The translations under genes were made by a program, and so were the position numbers. From the NCBI GenBank assembly GCA_018829185.1, contig JAHJUI010000014.1:1-56680 (forward strand): 56,680 nt of DNA. The letters run 5' to 3'. This document shows positions 48,517 through 56,680 of this stretch, one piece after another; within the stretch, counting starts at the first letter, position 1; every line of letters starts with the position of its first letter. The notes beneath the pieces are model-generated. The model searched no databases and had not been told where the DNA came from. It worked only from the letters and a program-made list of their open reading frames with translations. This DNA comes from Nanobdellota archaeon. Its GTDB lineage: Archaea; Nanobdellota; Nanobdellia; SCGC-AAA011-G17; PNOQ01.

Positions 48517-49206
48517 ATGAGTTTATCCAGAAAAAGAAAGATCATTTATTGGACTGTATTTATTTTTTTAATAATATTGATTTTATTCCTTTCTTCTATT
48601 TTTGTTAAATATTTTTTCATAGATGTTCAAAAAATTAGAACTTTGGTTTCAAGTTTTGGTATTTGGTCTCCAATCATATTTATTTTATTACACATTTTAC
48701 AAGTTTTAATTGCACCAATTCCCGGACAACTAGTAGGATTTGCAGGGGGATACCTTTTTGGAGCTTGGTTGGGCACACTTTATAGTATCATTGGAACGGT
48801 GTTAGGTACATTACTAGTTGTTTCTTTAGTCAGGAAATTTGGAGAACCATTTGTTAAAAAAATGGTCGGTGAAAAAATTTATTCTAAATTTAATAAATTT
48901 TGTGAAAAAGAAGGAAAACTTACATTATTTTTAATATACCTTTTGCCTTTCTTTCCAGATGATGCAATAAGTTTCATTGCTGGCTTATCTAAAATAAGAA
49001 TGAAACACATTCTTCTATTGGCTTTTATTGGAAGGCTCCCCGGAATGTTTGGTTTAAGTTTAATTGGTGCTGGAGTAGCAGAATCAGAAGTTACTATTTC
49101 GGTTGTAATTGTAAGTATTTTAATATTTATCTCATTTATGATATATTTATATAAAAATAAACTACAACATAAAATGGAGAAATTGTTAGATAAAATTAAA
49201 AAATGA
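48517..49206 (+). CDS. DedA/VTT-domain (TVP38/TMEM64-like) membrane protein
   Basis: LHILQVLIAPIPGQLVGFAGGYLFG...LLPFFPDDAISFIAGLSKI. Confidence 0.75.
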   Translation: MSLSRKRKIIYWTVFIFLIILILFLSSIFVKYFFIDVQKIRTLVSSFGIWSPIIFILLHILQVLIAPIPGQLVGFAGGYLFGAWLGTLYSIIGTVLGTLLVVSLVRKFGEPFVKKMVGEKIYSKFNKFCEKEGKLTLFLIYLLPFFPDDAISFIAGLSKIRMKHILLLAFIGRLPGMFGLSLIGAGVAESEVTISVVIVSILIFISFMIYLYKNKLQHKMEKLLDKIKK

Positions 49207-49535
49207 GATTTTGTCCTAAATGCGGAAAAGAAATTAAAAAATCTAAAAACTTCTGTTCTAAGTGTGGTAAAGATATACATACAAGATCAAAAAAACATAG
49301 GAAATTGAGCTATATTTATTTAATTGCTTTTATTATATTAATTTTTATTATATTTTTTAGTGTATTTAATGTAAATAATGGTTCTAATCGTTCTGTAGAA
49401 AATTCTTTTTTTAATCTTTTTAATCAACAAGCTTCTGAAGATAGTTATTGTGGAGATGGAACCTGTAGAAATGAAGAAACTTGTAAAAATTGTATAAAAG
49501 ACTGTGGAGATTGCAGAGAAACAAATTATTATTAA
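49203..49535 (+). CDS. zinc-ribbon / TM / extracellular Cys-rich protein
   Basis: MRFCPKCGKEI..NFCSKCGKDI, then a TM helix, then CGDGTCRNEETCKNCIKDCGDC. Confidence 0.6.
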   Translation: MRFCPKCGKEIKKSKNFCSKCGKDIHTRSKKHRKLSYIYLIAFIILIFIIFFSVFNVNNGSNRSVENSFFNLFNQQASEDSYCGDGTCRNEETCKNCIKDCGDCRETNYY

Positions 49536-49670
49536 AAAATTAGGCATTTCACATTTACTTGCAACATTACTAACTAATCGGGTAATGAATAAATACTAAG
49601 ATTATTAATCACTAGATAGTAGTATAAAGTAGATAGATTTATAAGGGAGCATAATATACTACTTTGTACT

Positions 49671-49817
49671 ATGAAGAAGAAGTTGAGTATTACGGTAGAT
49701 GAAGTAAAGATAGTGAAGATAGAAGCATTAGTATCTTCTGGTAAATTTAGGAATAAAAGCCATTTCATAGAATTTGCTGTTGATAATTTTCTTAATGAGG
49801 AACAGAATGAAAGGTAA
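49671..49817 (+). CDS. ribbon-helix-helix (CopG-like) protein
   Basis: MKKKLSITVDEVKIVKIEALVSSGKFRNKSHFIEFAVDNFL. 48 aa, not in the track. TATA box about 25 nt upstream. Overlaps the next gene by 11 nt. Confidence 0.6.
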   Translation: MKKKLSITVDEVKIVKIEALVSSGKFRNKSHFIEFAVDNFLNEEQNER

Positions 49818-51081
49818 TTTATATGGAGTTGATATTAAATTAAACCCAGACAATAAGCCATGTCTTATAGAAGTAAATGGGCAAGGTAGCGGAACGAGAG
49901 GTTTTAGAATCGCATATGGTGATCTCCGCACACAAAAGGAAATTCTATCTGCTTTAAATCATTTTGGAGAGGGTAGACCAATCTATAGAAAGCATAATAA
50001 TGATAAAAGGCGTTTTAGTCCAAGAAAGTTATGTCTGACTGCCTTGTGTAAAGCTGGAACTCTTTTAAATGATGTTGTTAACAAACCTCTTTTAGATTTA
50101 AGACAGGAGTGGATAAAAGAGCCGTATGAAACAGACCATAAAAGGGAAGATAGTGAATTACCAGAAGAAGACTACCAAGTAGCAGCGCAGGAGTTAGGAA
50201 TTGATTTTAGACCACATTCTGCTCTAAAACTAATCAATCCTCGGGCTCTCAGAGTGAAGCATCCATCAGGAGAATATGATGAAATACATCCAGGAGATGT
50301 AGGGGTTATTTGGGGTGGGAATAAAGTTTTCTCGAAAACCCATGAATTTGATGATGTTTTAATAAATCCATATGTAACAGAAGCATTACTTGGTATAAAA
50401 CTGTATGTTCACCGATTGTTGGAGGATACAACATTACATGAGCATATTCCAATAAGTGTTCCTTATGGGATGGGCTTATTACATGATTTACCTGGAGAAA
50501 TAATGTCAGGTGATAAAGTCGTATATAAACCAAATGCTGGTGGGGGGGGCCAAGGTGTTAGAATTTTATCACCAAAAGATTTAGACTCGTTTATTAATCC
50601 AGAAAATGCGAAGAAAGCCAATAGCAGATTAAAAGCATTTTTCCATCAATATTGTGATCACAAATCTGGAAAGGTAGCTGATACATTGGTTAAACTTGAA
50701 CTAGACACTATGGAGTTAGGTTCATATCTTGTGCAAGAATTTATTCCATCAAAGCCAATCAGATCATCCCAGACAGAACAGGATCATGATTCTTGTATAC
50801 GTGCTATAATTTTTGACGGAAAGTTTATTGACGCCTATCATCGCTTGTCACCAAGACCGCTATCAGATCCTGAAACTAGCTTAAAGTATATTGGTAATCT
50901 TCATTATGGGGCATTAGCTGAAGCGGTTTCAGATGAAGACAAAACTGTTGTAGCAGATTTTGCTGAAAATGTTGTAAGAACATTGGAAGGTAAAATTGAA
51001 AGTTGTAATATTGTATCTGAACAAGATTTTAGACAATTCAGAGAAAAATTTTGGAGGGGTGAATTAGAGAGAGCATCCTAA
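49807..51081 (+). CDS. ATP-grasp-like protein with apparently permuted motif order
   Basis: VVYKPNAGGGGQGV, LVQEFIPS and DSCIRAIIFDGKFIDAYHR are central ATP-grasp-like motifs. The GVD...CLIEVNGQGSG segment, normally C-terminal, sits at residues 6-30. Confidence 0.6.
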   Translation: MKGNLYGVDIKLNPDNKPCLIEVNGQGSGTRGFRIAYGDLRTQKEILSALNHFGEGRPIYRKHNNDKRRFSPRKLCLTALCKAGTLLNDVVNKPLLDLRQEWIKEPYETDHKREDSELPEEDYQVAAQELGIDFRPHSALKLINPRALRVKHPSGEYDEIHPGDVGVIWGGNKVFSKTHEFDDVLINPYVTEALLGIKLYVHRLLEDTTLHEHIPISVPYGMGLLHDLPGEIMSGDKVVYKPNAGGGGQGVRILSPKDLDSFINPENAKKANSRLKAFFHQYCDHKSGKVADTLVKLELDTMELGSYLVQEFIPSKPIRSSQTEQDHDSCIRAIIFDGKFIDAYHRLSPRPLSDPETSLKYIGNLHYGALAEAVSDEDKTVVADFAENVVRTLEGKIESCNIVSEQDFRQFREKFWRGELERAS

Positions 51082-51169
51082 GCAAGATAGTTTGTGTTAT
51101 CTAATCCTTGATTCTATTGATAAAACTTCTAAGGAAACTTATTTAAATCTTCATTTCTAATTTTATTAT

Positions 51170-51814
51170 ATGGTATACTCAAAAAATATCTATTCGCTTC
51201 CTTTCAAGAAAAAATACTTAATAAAAGCTATTTCTGATCCGAGGGCACATTTTGGCCATTTTAAAGAAGCAATAGATTTTGCTTTGCCAGAAGGCACAAA
51301 AATATTTGCTCCTAGGGCAGGTCAAGTTATTGATATGAAAATTAGAATCGCTAAAATTGAAGATGTCCCTAGTCTTTTAGTTCTTTTCATGGAACAAGAG
51401 AAATCTGGTGTTAGTTTTTTACCTAAAAAGTATAAATCTATGAGAAATAAGAAGAAACCATTAAAAAAACATATTAAACTTGCATTGGAAAAAGATATCA
51501 AACAGAAAAATTCTAGGTTTTTGGTTATGGAAGATAATGAAAAAATTGTTGGTTATATTTTTGGAGAAATCCGTGATAGTACTCATCCTTTGTTTAAAAG
51601 ACCAAAATCTGGTGAATTAAGTGATATGGCTGTCTTAAAAACATATCAGGGCAAGGGCATTGCAGGTAAATTATGGAAAGAATTGTTAGATTGGTTTACT
51701 AAGAAAAAATGTAAAATGGTTACTTTGAGTGTGAATTCTAATAATCCGGCTCAAGAGATTTATAAAAAATGGGGTTTTGATGTATTTTATTTTAGAATGA
51801 TCAAGAAAATATAA
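51170..51814 (+). CDS. GNAT acetyltransferase preceded in frame by an M23-peptidase-like fragment
   Basis: HFKEAIDFALPEGTKIFAPRAGQVID is a LytM/M23-like fragment. MKIRIAKIEDV... (ATG 51335) ...LKTYQGKGIAGKLW is a GNAT motif A-like region. Confidence 0.6.
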   Translation: MVYSKNIYSLPFKKKYLIKAISDPRAHFGHFKEAIDFALPEGTKIFAPRAGQVIDMKIRIAKIEDVPSLLVLFMEQEKSGVSFLPKKYKSMRNKKKPLKKHIKLALEKDIKQKNSRFLVMEDNEKIVGYIFGEIRDSTHPLFKRPKSGELSDMAVLKTYQGKGIAGKLWKELLDWFTKKKCKMVTLSVNSNNPAQEIYKKWGFDVFYFRMIKKI

Positions 51815-51832
51815 ATTTTTGTTATTTTCCTA

Positions 51833-51870
51833 GGCCTGCGTGGCAAGCGCTAAAGAAACATTTAAATATA
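51833..51870 (+). repeat. GC-rich element, family 2: GGCCTGCGTGGCAAGCGCTAAAGAAACATTTAAATATA
   Basis: Related copies at 52778 and 56412, all in + orientation. The promoter-like tail has no + strand ORF downstream. Confidence 0.55.
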
Positions 51871-51957
51871 AAATTGCTGATTTTATTTACAATTTAATTT
51901 CCAATTAAACTTTCTTTCACTTTATTGAATATTTTCTCATGTCCTTTTGAATCAGAA

Positions 51958-52278
51958 TTAATATCTTCCATCAATTGTCTTAATTTTCTTTTCTAATGCC
52001 TTTTCTATATCAATATTCATAGATTTAGCAACAAGCAAAGTAGTTATTATCATATCTGCGAATTCTTCAGATAATTTATCCTTTTTTTGATTTTCTAATT
52101 TACCTTTTCTTTGTAAGGAAAGATGAGAAAGTATTTCGTTTGATAACTCTCCTAGTTCTTCTGATAATTTTACAGTTCTGCCAAGAATCTTTTTTTCTGG
52201 TTCTTTATAAGTATTATAAAAATCAGTTAATCTCTTATCTTCTACTTCTATAAATTTTAATAAGTCTTTAAATTCCAT
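51958..52278 (-). CDS. MazG-like nucleotide pyrophosphohydrolase
   Basis: LSEELGELSNEIL...LSEEFADMIITTLLVAKSMNIDIEKAL (EExxE / ExxD helices). Confidence 0.7.
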   Translation of the reverse strand: MEFKDLLKFIEVEDKRLTDFYNTYKEPEKKILGRTVKLSEELGELSNEILSHLSLQRKGKLENQKKDKLSEEFADMIITTLLVAKSMNIDIEKALEKKIKTIDGRY

Positions 52279-52313
52279 AACTTTAAGAAGAATTAAGATG
52301 TTTATATAGATTA

Positions 52314-52709
52314 TTATCTTTCTTTAACAAACTTCTTTTTCTTTAAATCCCACTTTATTTTATTTCCAGGATAAAACCCATGATATGCTATTGCAGTTTT
52401 CTTTCCTAATTCTTTTAAGGCTTTAAATCTGTGAAGTCCATCAGCAAGAAGATTATTTTTATAAGTTACAATTAAAGGTTTTTTTAATCCTTCTTTTTTA
52501 ATCCTTTCTTTAAGTTTTTCAAAATATTTGTTGTGATAAGAATCATATTCTTTAAGATAAGTTTCATCAATTTCTATGTTATTTAATCTAATTCTTTTTT
52601 CTACCCAAATTAGCTCCTTATAATGGCTTTCTGGATTGTTAGTTTCTTTAGCAAGTTTAGCAATTATTCTTTTTACTTTATTTTTAGATAGATATTTCAT
52701 TAGTATCAA
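52314..52709 (-). CDS. ParB/Srx-fold nuclease-like domain protein
   Basis: PLIVTYKNNLLADGLHRFKALKELG (DGxHR motif). The ATG at 52700 is an alternative start. Confidence 0.6.
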   Translation of the reverse strand: MILMKYLSKNKVKRIIAKLAKETNNPESHYKELIWVEKRIRLNNIEIDETYLKEYDSYHNKYFEKLKERIKKEGLKKPLIVTYKNNLLADGLHRFKALKELGKKTAIAYHGFYPGNKIKWDLKKKKFVKER

Positions 52710-52777
52710 TAACTCATTAAGAATTAAGTCATTTATAAATTATTCGTGTATGTTTTTACGATAGATAAAACTTCTAT

Positions 52778-52804
52778 GGCCTGCGCGGCAAGCGCTAAAG
52801 AAAC
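52778..52804 (+). repeat. GC-rich element, family 2: GGCCTGCGCGGCAAGCGCTAAAGAAAC
   Basis: GCGC-GGCAA-GCGC mini-hairpin. Lies between two minus-strand genes. Confidence 0.55.
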
Positions 52805-52825
52805 ATAAAAGAATTTATTAATACT

Positions 52826-53869
52826 TTACCAATTACCCAAATTCATTGCAAGTTCCACGTAAAACTCTTGTCTTTTTTGAATATCTTCAATGGTATCACA
52901 AATATTTGCATCAAGTTCTGTATGAGTACAATAAACTCCAACACAAACATCTTTATCTGGTTGAGGAAGTAATTCGCAGATTGAAACATCCTTACTTGTC
53001 TTTGCTCTATCTTTTATACAAGAAACAAAGTCTGGATGTTCATCGCAAAAAGATAATGGTTGTTCAAAATAAGTTAAACAATTAGGATTACTTCCACACA
53101 TAGAAATATCTCTTGCTTTTAATGCAAGACAAGTTTCTTCCATCTCACCTTCTAGATGACCACAAATCTCTGCAGTTATTTCATCAGATTTACCCCATTG
53201 ATATAAATTACTCATAAAACTAAAATAACATTTTTCTTTTTCCTCTTTGTTTTTTTGTGCTGTATCTAAATAATCAATATCACTACAAAAATCAGCATTT
53301 TCACTTGACACTGCGAGCATAAAATAACAAACATGTTTTGCATCATCACCAACATGGTTTGCATCTTGATCTTCAATGTTTTCACAATAAGAAGAATCTT
53401 TATTTGCATGAGCTAAACAGATATTTTTATCATTTTTTGCTTCTATATCTTCTTCATTATCTATTTTAATCATTTCACAGAATTCAGCATTATTATTTAC
53501 AAGAGCAAGACAATGATATTTATTACTTGAAATGAACTCATTTGTTAGAGGAAGTTTTTTACAAAGGGTGTTTGAAGGATTATCTGGAACAACAATATTT
53601 TCTAATTCTTGATTAATTCCGCCATCATCTTCGTCTTCACCATCATCTACATTCCCTTCATCAATATCTTCATCATCTTTTGTACTCCCACTGATTGAAT
53701 CACAAATATTTTCTTCAGCTGTCCATATACATTCTTCATGCAGCAAACATCCTTCTTGATTTCCATCATAATCTTGGCAGAAGATTTCTACTTCTCCAGA
53801 ATCTTGTTCTGTTGTAGCACAACCACTAATAAAAATTAATAGAATAATTAATATTATAGTTTTTTTCAT
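52826..53869 (-). CDS. Cys-rich acidic lipoprotein
   Basis: LIFISGC lipobox, an acidic D/E tract, then repeated C-x(6-9)-(F/Y)C units (AEFCEMI, SSYCENI, ADFCSDI ...). Confidence 0.65.
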   Translation of the reverse strand: MKKTIILIILLIFISGCATTEQDSGEVEIFCQDYDGNQEGCLLHEECIWTAEENICDSISGSTKDDEDIDEGNVDDGEDEDDGGINQELENIVVPDNPSNTLCKKLPLTNEFISSNKYHCLALVNNNAEFCEMIKIDNEEDIEAKNDKNICLAHANKDSSYCENIEDQDANHVGDDAKHVCYFMLAVSSENADFCSDIDYLDTAQKNKEEKEKCYFSFMSNLYQWGKSDEITAEICGHLEGEMEETCLALKARDISMCGSNPNCLTYFEQPLSFCDEHPDFVSCIKDRAKTSKDVSICELLPQPDKDVCVGVYCTHTELDANICDTIEDIQKRQEFYVELAMNLGNW

Positions 53870-56358
53870 TGTTTAAATAACCAATCTAATAATCTCTTTA
53901 TAAAATTATCAGAATTCTTTACAACTTCTCCAGTTATATCATTATTAGAATCTTCAACAACATTTCCTCCATCATCCCCGCCACCAGAATCATCTCCTGC
54001 TACTCCATCATCTCCATGTATAACATCATCATCGGGACCTACTACGCCTACAATTCCTTGGGGTCCTGGAGCCACATTATTATTACAATTTTCTTCTCCT
54101 TCTTCACACATACCCCCATCAATTATATTTGGAGCAGGCGATACATCCCCATTATTTTTGTCCATTGGAGATTTATCTACAATCATGTCTGCTTTATCTA
54201 TTGTATTAATAGAATTGTCTATAACATCAATTTGTTGTTTTATTTCATTTGCTTTTGTAGTATCTGATTTTATATCGTTTGATTTTTTATCAGCATTGTC
54301 TACAATTTGATTAATCTGGTCATTTGTAATAATGTCAGTGTTCCCATCATCATCTATTACTATCTTATCTCCGTCTTTTATTCTTTCAGCATTAATCTTT
54401 GACATAATTAAACTGCAAGATTCTTTATCATACACTCCTAATTTTGCACACTCTTTAGGAACTCCTTCTTTTATTATGTCATCATTACAATTTTCTTCTC
54501 CTTCTTCACACATATCATCATCTATTAGATTAACTTCTGGCTTGTTTATTGTAATATTTTTTTCTTCCATAATCTTCTTACATTCTTCAACATCTAACCC
54601 AATACATTCTTCAGGCATATTTATTCCAATACCTTGCTTTCTTCTTTGTTCTTCTAATAATTTTCCACATTCTTCAGGAGTTTCAACATCTGCTTCTTGG
54701 CATATTTCTGGAATAGCATCTTGCATAATTCCTCCTTGCAAGATTTCTTCACATTCTTGGGGTGAAACAGGAGTTCCTCCTTTCATACATTCTTGAGGAA
54801 TATCTGATGTTTCAACAGGTGGAGGAAGCATAATCCCAAATTCTTTTATTAATGCTTCATCACAAGCCATATCCCGAACAAAATTCATTCCATCTAAACA
54901 GGTGCTTGGAATTTCTTCAAGACTAATTCCTTTACTTTTAAGATATGGAATTTCTCCTTCAATGCTTATATCAGAGACTTTTGCATACAAAAGTTTAGCG
55001 CATTTAAAAAAATTATAAGTTCCAGATTCCTGACATTCTGAAGGCATTTTTTCTTTTATAAAAACTGCTTCACATTCTTCATTTGAAAATGCTTCTCCTT
55101 GACATCTTTGAGGAAGTTTAATTTTTTCACAAGCTTCAGGAGTTAAAGCACCTGCATCAATACATTTCTGCGGAAGATTTTGATTTAAAGTAAAACTTTC
55201 ACATTCTTCTTTTGTATAATAACCTGCATCTTTACAAGGACGAGGAAGATTAACAATTTCGTCACATGCTTCAATATCATAAACACCTCTTTCTTTACAT
55301 TCACCAGACATTAATTTAAATTCTTCATCAGAAGGTTTTGATTTTTCTTTCATAATCTTTTCACATTCTTCAGGAGAAATAGGTTGCCCATTTTCAATAC
55401 ATTCATTTGGAATTTTATCTTCATTAACAAGTTTTTTTCCACAAGCTTCATCACCTAAAACATTACCATTTTTAATACACTCTGAATCAGGTTGATATAA
55501 AGCAATAATAAACTTCTTGCATTCTTCTCCGTCCCTAATTCCTGCTTCTGTGCATTCTGCCGGAACATATTTATTTAAAATTTCTTTTTCATAATTTTCT
55601 CTTTCATTAGTTTGAACATCTTTAAACATCCCTATTTCTTTGCATGCAGATTCATCATTCTGAAATTCACACCTTACTGCCAATGATTTAAACTTCTCAC
55701 ATTTTGTCCTTTCACTTGTTAAAGAAATTTCATCACAATCAGCATTTTTGGGGTTAGTCATACTAATTTCTACTTGCTTTTTTATTTCTTCAGAATCTTG
55801 TTTTTGGACTTCTTCTATTCTATTATTTACTTCATCTTCAAGCCAATCAGGAGCATTATTTTGGCATTTTTCATCGTTTAACATTAATTCATAATCTTGT
55901 TTAGCAAGCTCTTCACAATATTCAAGAATTTTCTCAGAATGTTCTATAATTAATTTTGTTTTTTGTTCTTCTGTTAAATACTTTTCAAAAAATTCTAAAT
56001 TTAAGTTTTCATTTTCATTTATTTTAGACTCTGTTTCTGCTATATTACTTTTAACTTCGTCTGCTATTTTAGGAGTTGTTTTTGATTGAATAATTTTAAG
56101 CATCTTAATAGCTGATTCTATTTCTTTTTTTGCTCTGTTTTCTTTTCCTAATTCTAGATTATTAATTGCCGAGTTTAGTTCTTTTTCCCTAATTTCTAAA
56201 GCTAACATAACTTTATTATCTCCAGAAGAGAAAAATAACTTAATATTATCTGTAAATCTATTAAATCCAGAATAAGTTTGAGTTTGCTCTTGAGCTAAGA
56301 TTAAAGGGGAAACTAACAAAATTACTAATAAGAATAGGACTATCACTCTCTTTTTCAT
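53866..56358 (-). CDS. large secreted Cys-rich repeat protein (830 aa)
   Basis: Signal peptide and a coiled-coil N-terminal region. About 11 tandem units of the form xP.EC..xG......EC(E/K)K(I/F/L), for example IPNECIENGQPISPEECEKIM and LPQKCIDAGALTPEACEKIK. Two MCEEGEENCN boxes. Its stop overlaps the start of the next gene (ATGA). Confidence 0.7.
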   Translation of the reverse strand: MKKRVIVLFLLVILLVSPLILAQEQTQTYSGFNRFTDNIKLFFSSGDNKVMLALEIREKELNSAINNLELGKENRAKKEIESAIKMLKIIQSKTTPKIADEVKSNIAETESKINENENLNLEFFEKYLTEEQKTKLIIEHSEKILEYCEELAKQDYELMLNDEKCQNNAPDWLEDEVNNRIEEVQKQDSEEIKKQVEISMTNPKNADCDEISLTSERTKCEKFKSLAVRCEFQNDESACKEIGMFKDVQTNERENYEKEILNKYVPAECTEAGIRDGEECKKFIIALYQPDSECIKNGNVLGDEACGKKLVNEDKIPNECIENGQPISPEECEKIMKEKSKPSDEEFKLMSGECKERGVYDIEACDEIVNLPRPCKDAGYYTKEECESFTLNQNLPQKCIDAGALTPEACEKIKLPQRCQGEAFSNEECEAVFIKEKMPSECQESGTYNFFKCAKLLYAKVSDISIEGEIPYLKSKGISLEEIPSTCLDGMNFVRDMACDEALIKEFGIMLPPPVETSDIPQECMKGGTPVSPQECEEILQGGIMQDAIPEICQEADVETPEECGKLLEEQRRKQGIGINMPEECIGLDVEECKKIMEEKNITINKPEVNLIDDDMCEEGEENCNDDIIKEGVPKECAKLGVYDKESCSLIMSKINAERIKDGDKIVIDDDGNTDIITNDQINQIVDNADKKSNDIKSDTTKANEIKQQIDVIDNSINTIDKADMIVDKSPMDKNNGDVSPAPNIIDGGMCEEGEENCNNNVAPGPQGIVGVVGPDDDVIHGDDGVAGDDSGGGDDGGNVVEDSNNDITGEVVKNSDNFIKRLLDWLFKQ
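54082..54112. repeat. 31-nt exact direct repeat, copy 1 (encodes MCEEGEENCN on the minus strand)
   Basis: ATTACAATTTTCTTCTCCTTCTTCACACATA is identical to 54484-54514. Confidence 0.85.
54484..54514. repeat. 31-nt exact direct repeat, copy 2
   Basis: Identical to 54082-54112, about 400 nt away within the same gene. Confidence 0.85.
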
Positions 56359-56411
56359 AATTTCTGTTATGGGTAAAACTGCTATATAAATTTATCTTTT
56401 ATAATATTTGT

Positions 56412-56452
56412 GGCCTGCGCGGCTTTGAGCGCTAAAGAAACGTTTAAATATA
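56412..56452 (+). repeat. GC-rich element, family 2: GGCCTGCGCGGCTTTGAGCGCTAAAGAAACGTTTAAATATA
   Basis: The promoter-like tail lies about 22 nt upstream of the ATG at 56472. Confidence 0.55.
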
Positions 56453-56471
56453 AAGATTAATTGCAATTTTT

Positions 56472-56666
56472 ATGAAATTCTACAAATTTGCAACATATTT
56501 AACAACGCCTGGAGATGAGCCAATTGAAACTGCTGCTTATTACTTTGCATTTGATGGCGGAATCCCAGTAAAAGAAACAATTGTAACAATTTCTGGAAAT
56601 CCTTCCTTAAGATCTGCAAAATTAGAAGAAGTAACAGAAAAAGAATATACAAAAGCAATTAAATAA
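56472..56666 (+). CDS. hypothetical small protein
   Basis: 64-aa ORF downstream of the family-2 element and its TATA box. Confidence 0.4.
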   Translation: MKFYKFATYLTTPGDEPIETAAYYFAFDGGIPVKETIVTISGNPSLRSAKLEEVTEKEYTKAIK

Positions 56667-56680
56667 GTAACACAAACCAA

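Overview
This is an AT-rich archaeal chromosome segment. The evidence is eukaryote-type e-family ribosomal proteins, aIF2-gamma, aIF5B, Kae1, Spt4/RpoE', RtcB and archease, plus TTTATAAA boxes about 25 nt upstream of many starts. It has a DPANN-like small-genome flavour, but the lineage cannot be fixed from sequence alone.

Housekeeping content:
- A 16S-tRNA(Ala)-23S rRNA operon with no 5S, RNase P RNA, and tRNA-Ile, tRNA-Glu and tRNA-His.
- Ribosomal protein and translation-factor operons: L41e; S27ae-S24e-Spt4-RpoE'-PIN; aIF2g-S6e-aIF5B; L24e-S28e-L7Ae.
- gyrB/gyrA, hisS, ychF, NAC, Sec61-beta, MinD and ScpA.

Accessory content:
- An RHS-core polymorphic toxin next to three TPR lipoproteins (4.3-7.8 kb).
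- A 43.8-56.7 kb island with Cys-rich surface proteins, two MNT-HEPN pairs, an RHH plus unusual ATP-grasp pair, and GNAT, MazG and ParB-like genes.

The window's main theme is its density of intervening sequences and selfish nucleases:
- Three BHB introns in two tRNAs, two of them at non-canonical positions.
- A group I intron with a LAGLIDADG ORF in the 23S gene.
- An HNH-containing intein in GyrB.
- Two free-standing LAGLIDADG genes.

The top finding is an 18-nt canonical bulge-helix-bulge intron inside the kae1 coding sequence. Excising it removes an in-frame TAA and rebuilds the conserved GIESTAHTFG motif. The RtcB ligase and archease needed to seal such exons lie in the same window.

Other second-look items are two Shine-Dalgarno-positioned ATA start codons, an in-frame TAG inside a coherent secreted protein, two families of GC-rich intergenic elements, and a 15-nt-periodic repeat micro-ORF. 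All coordinates and folds were derived by hand from the sequence. No database search was run.
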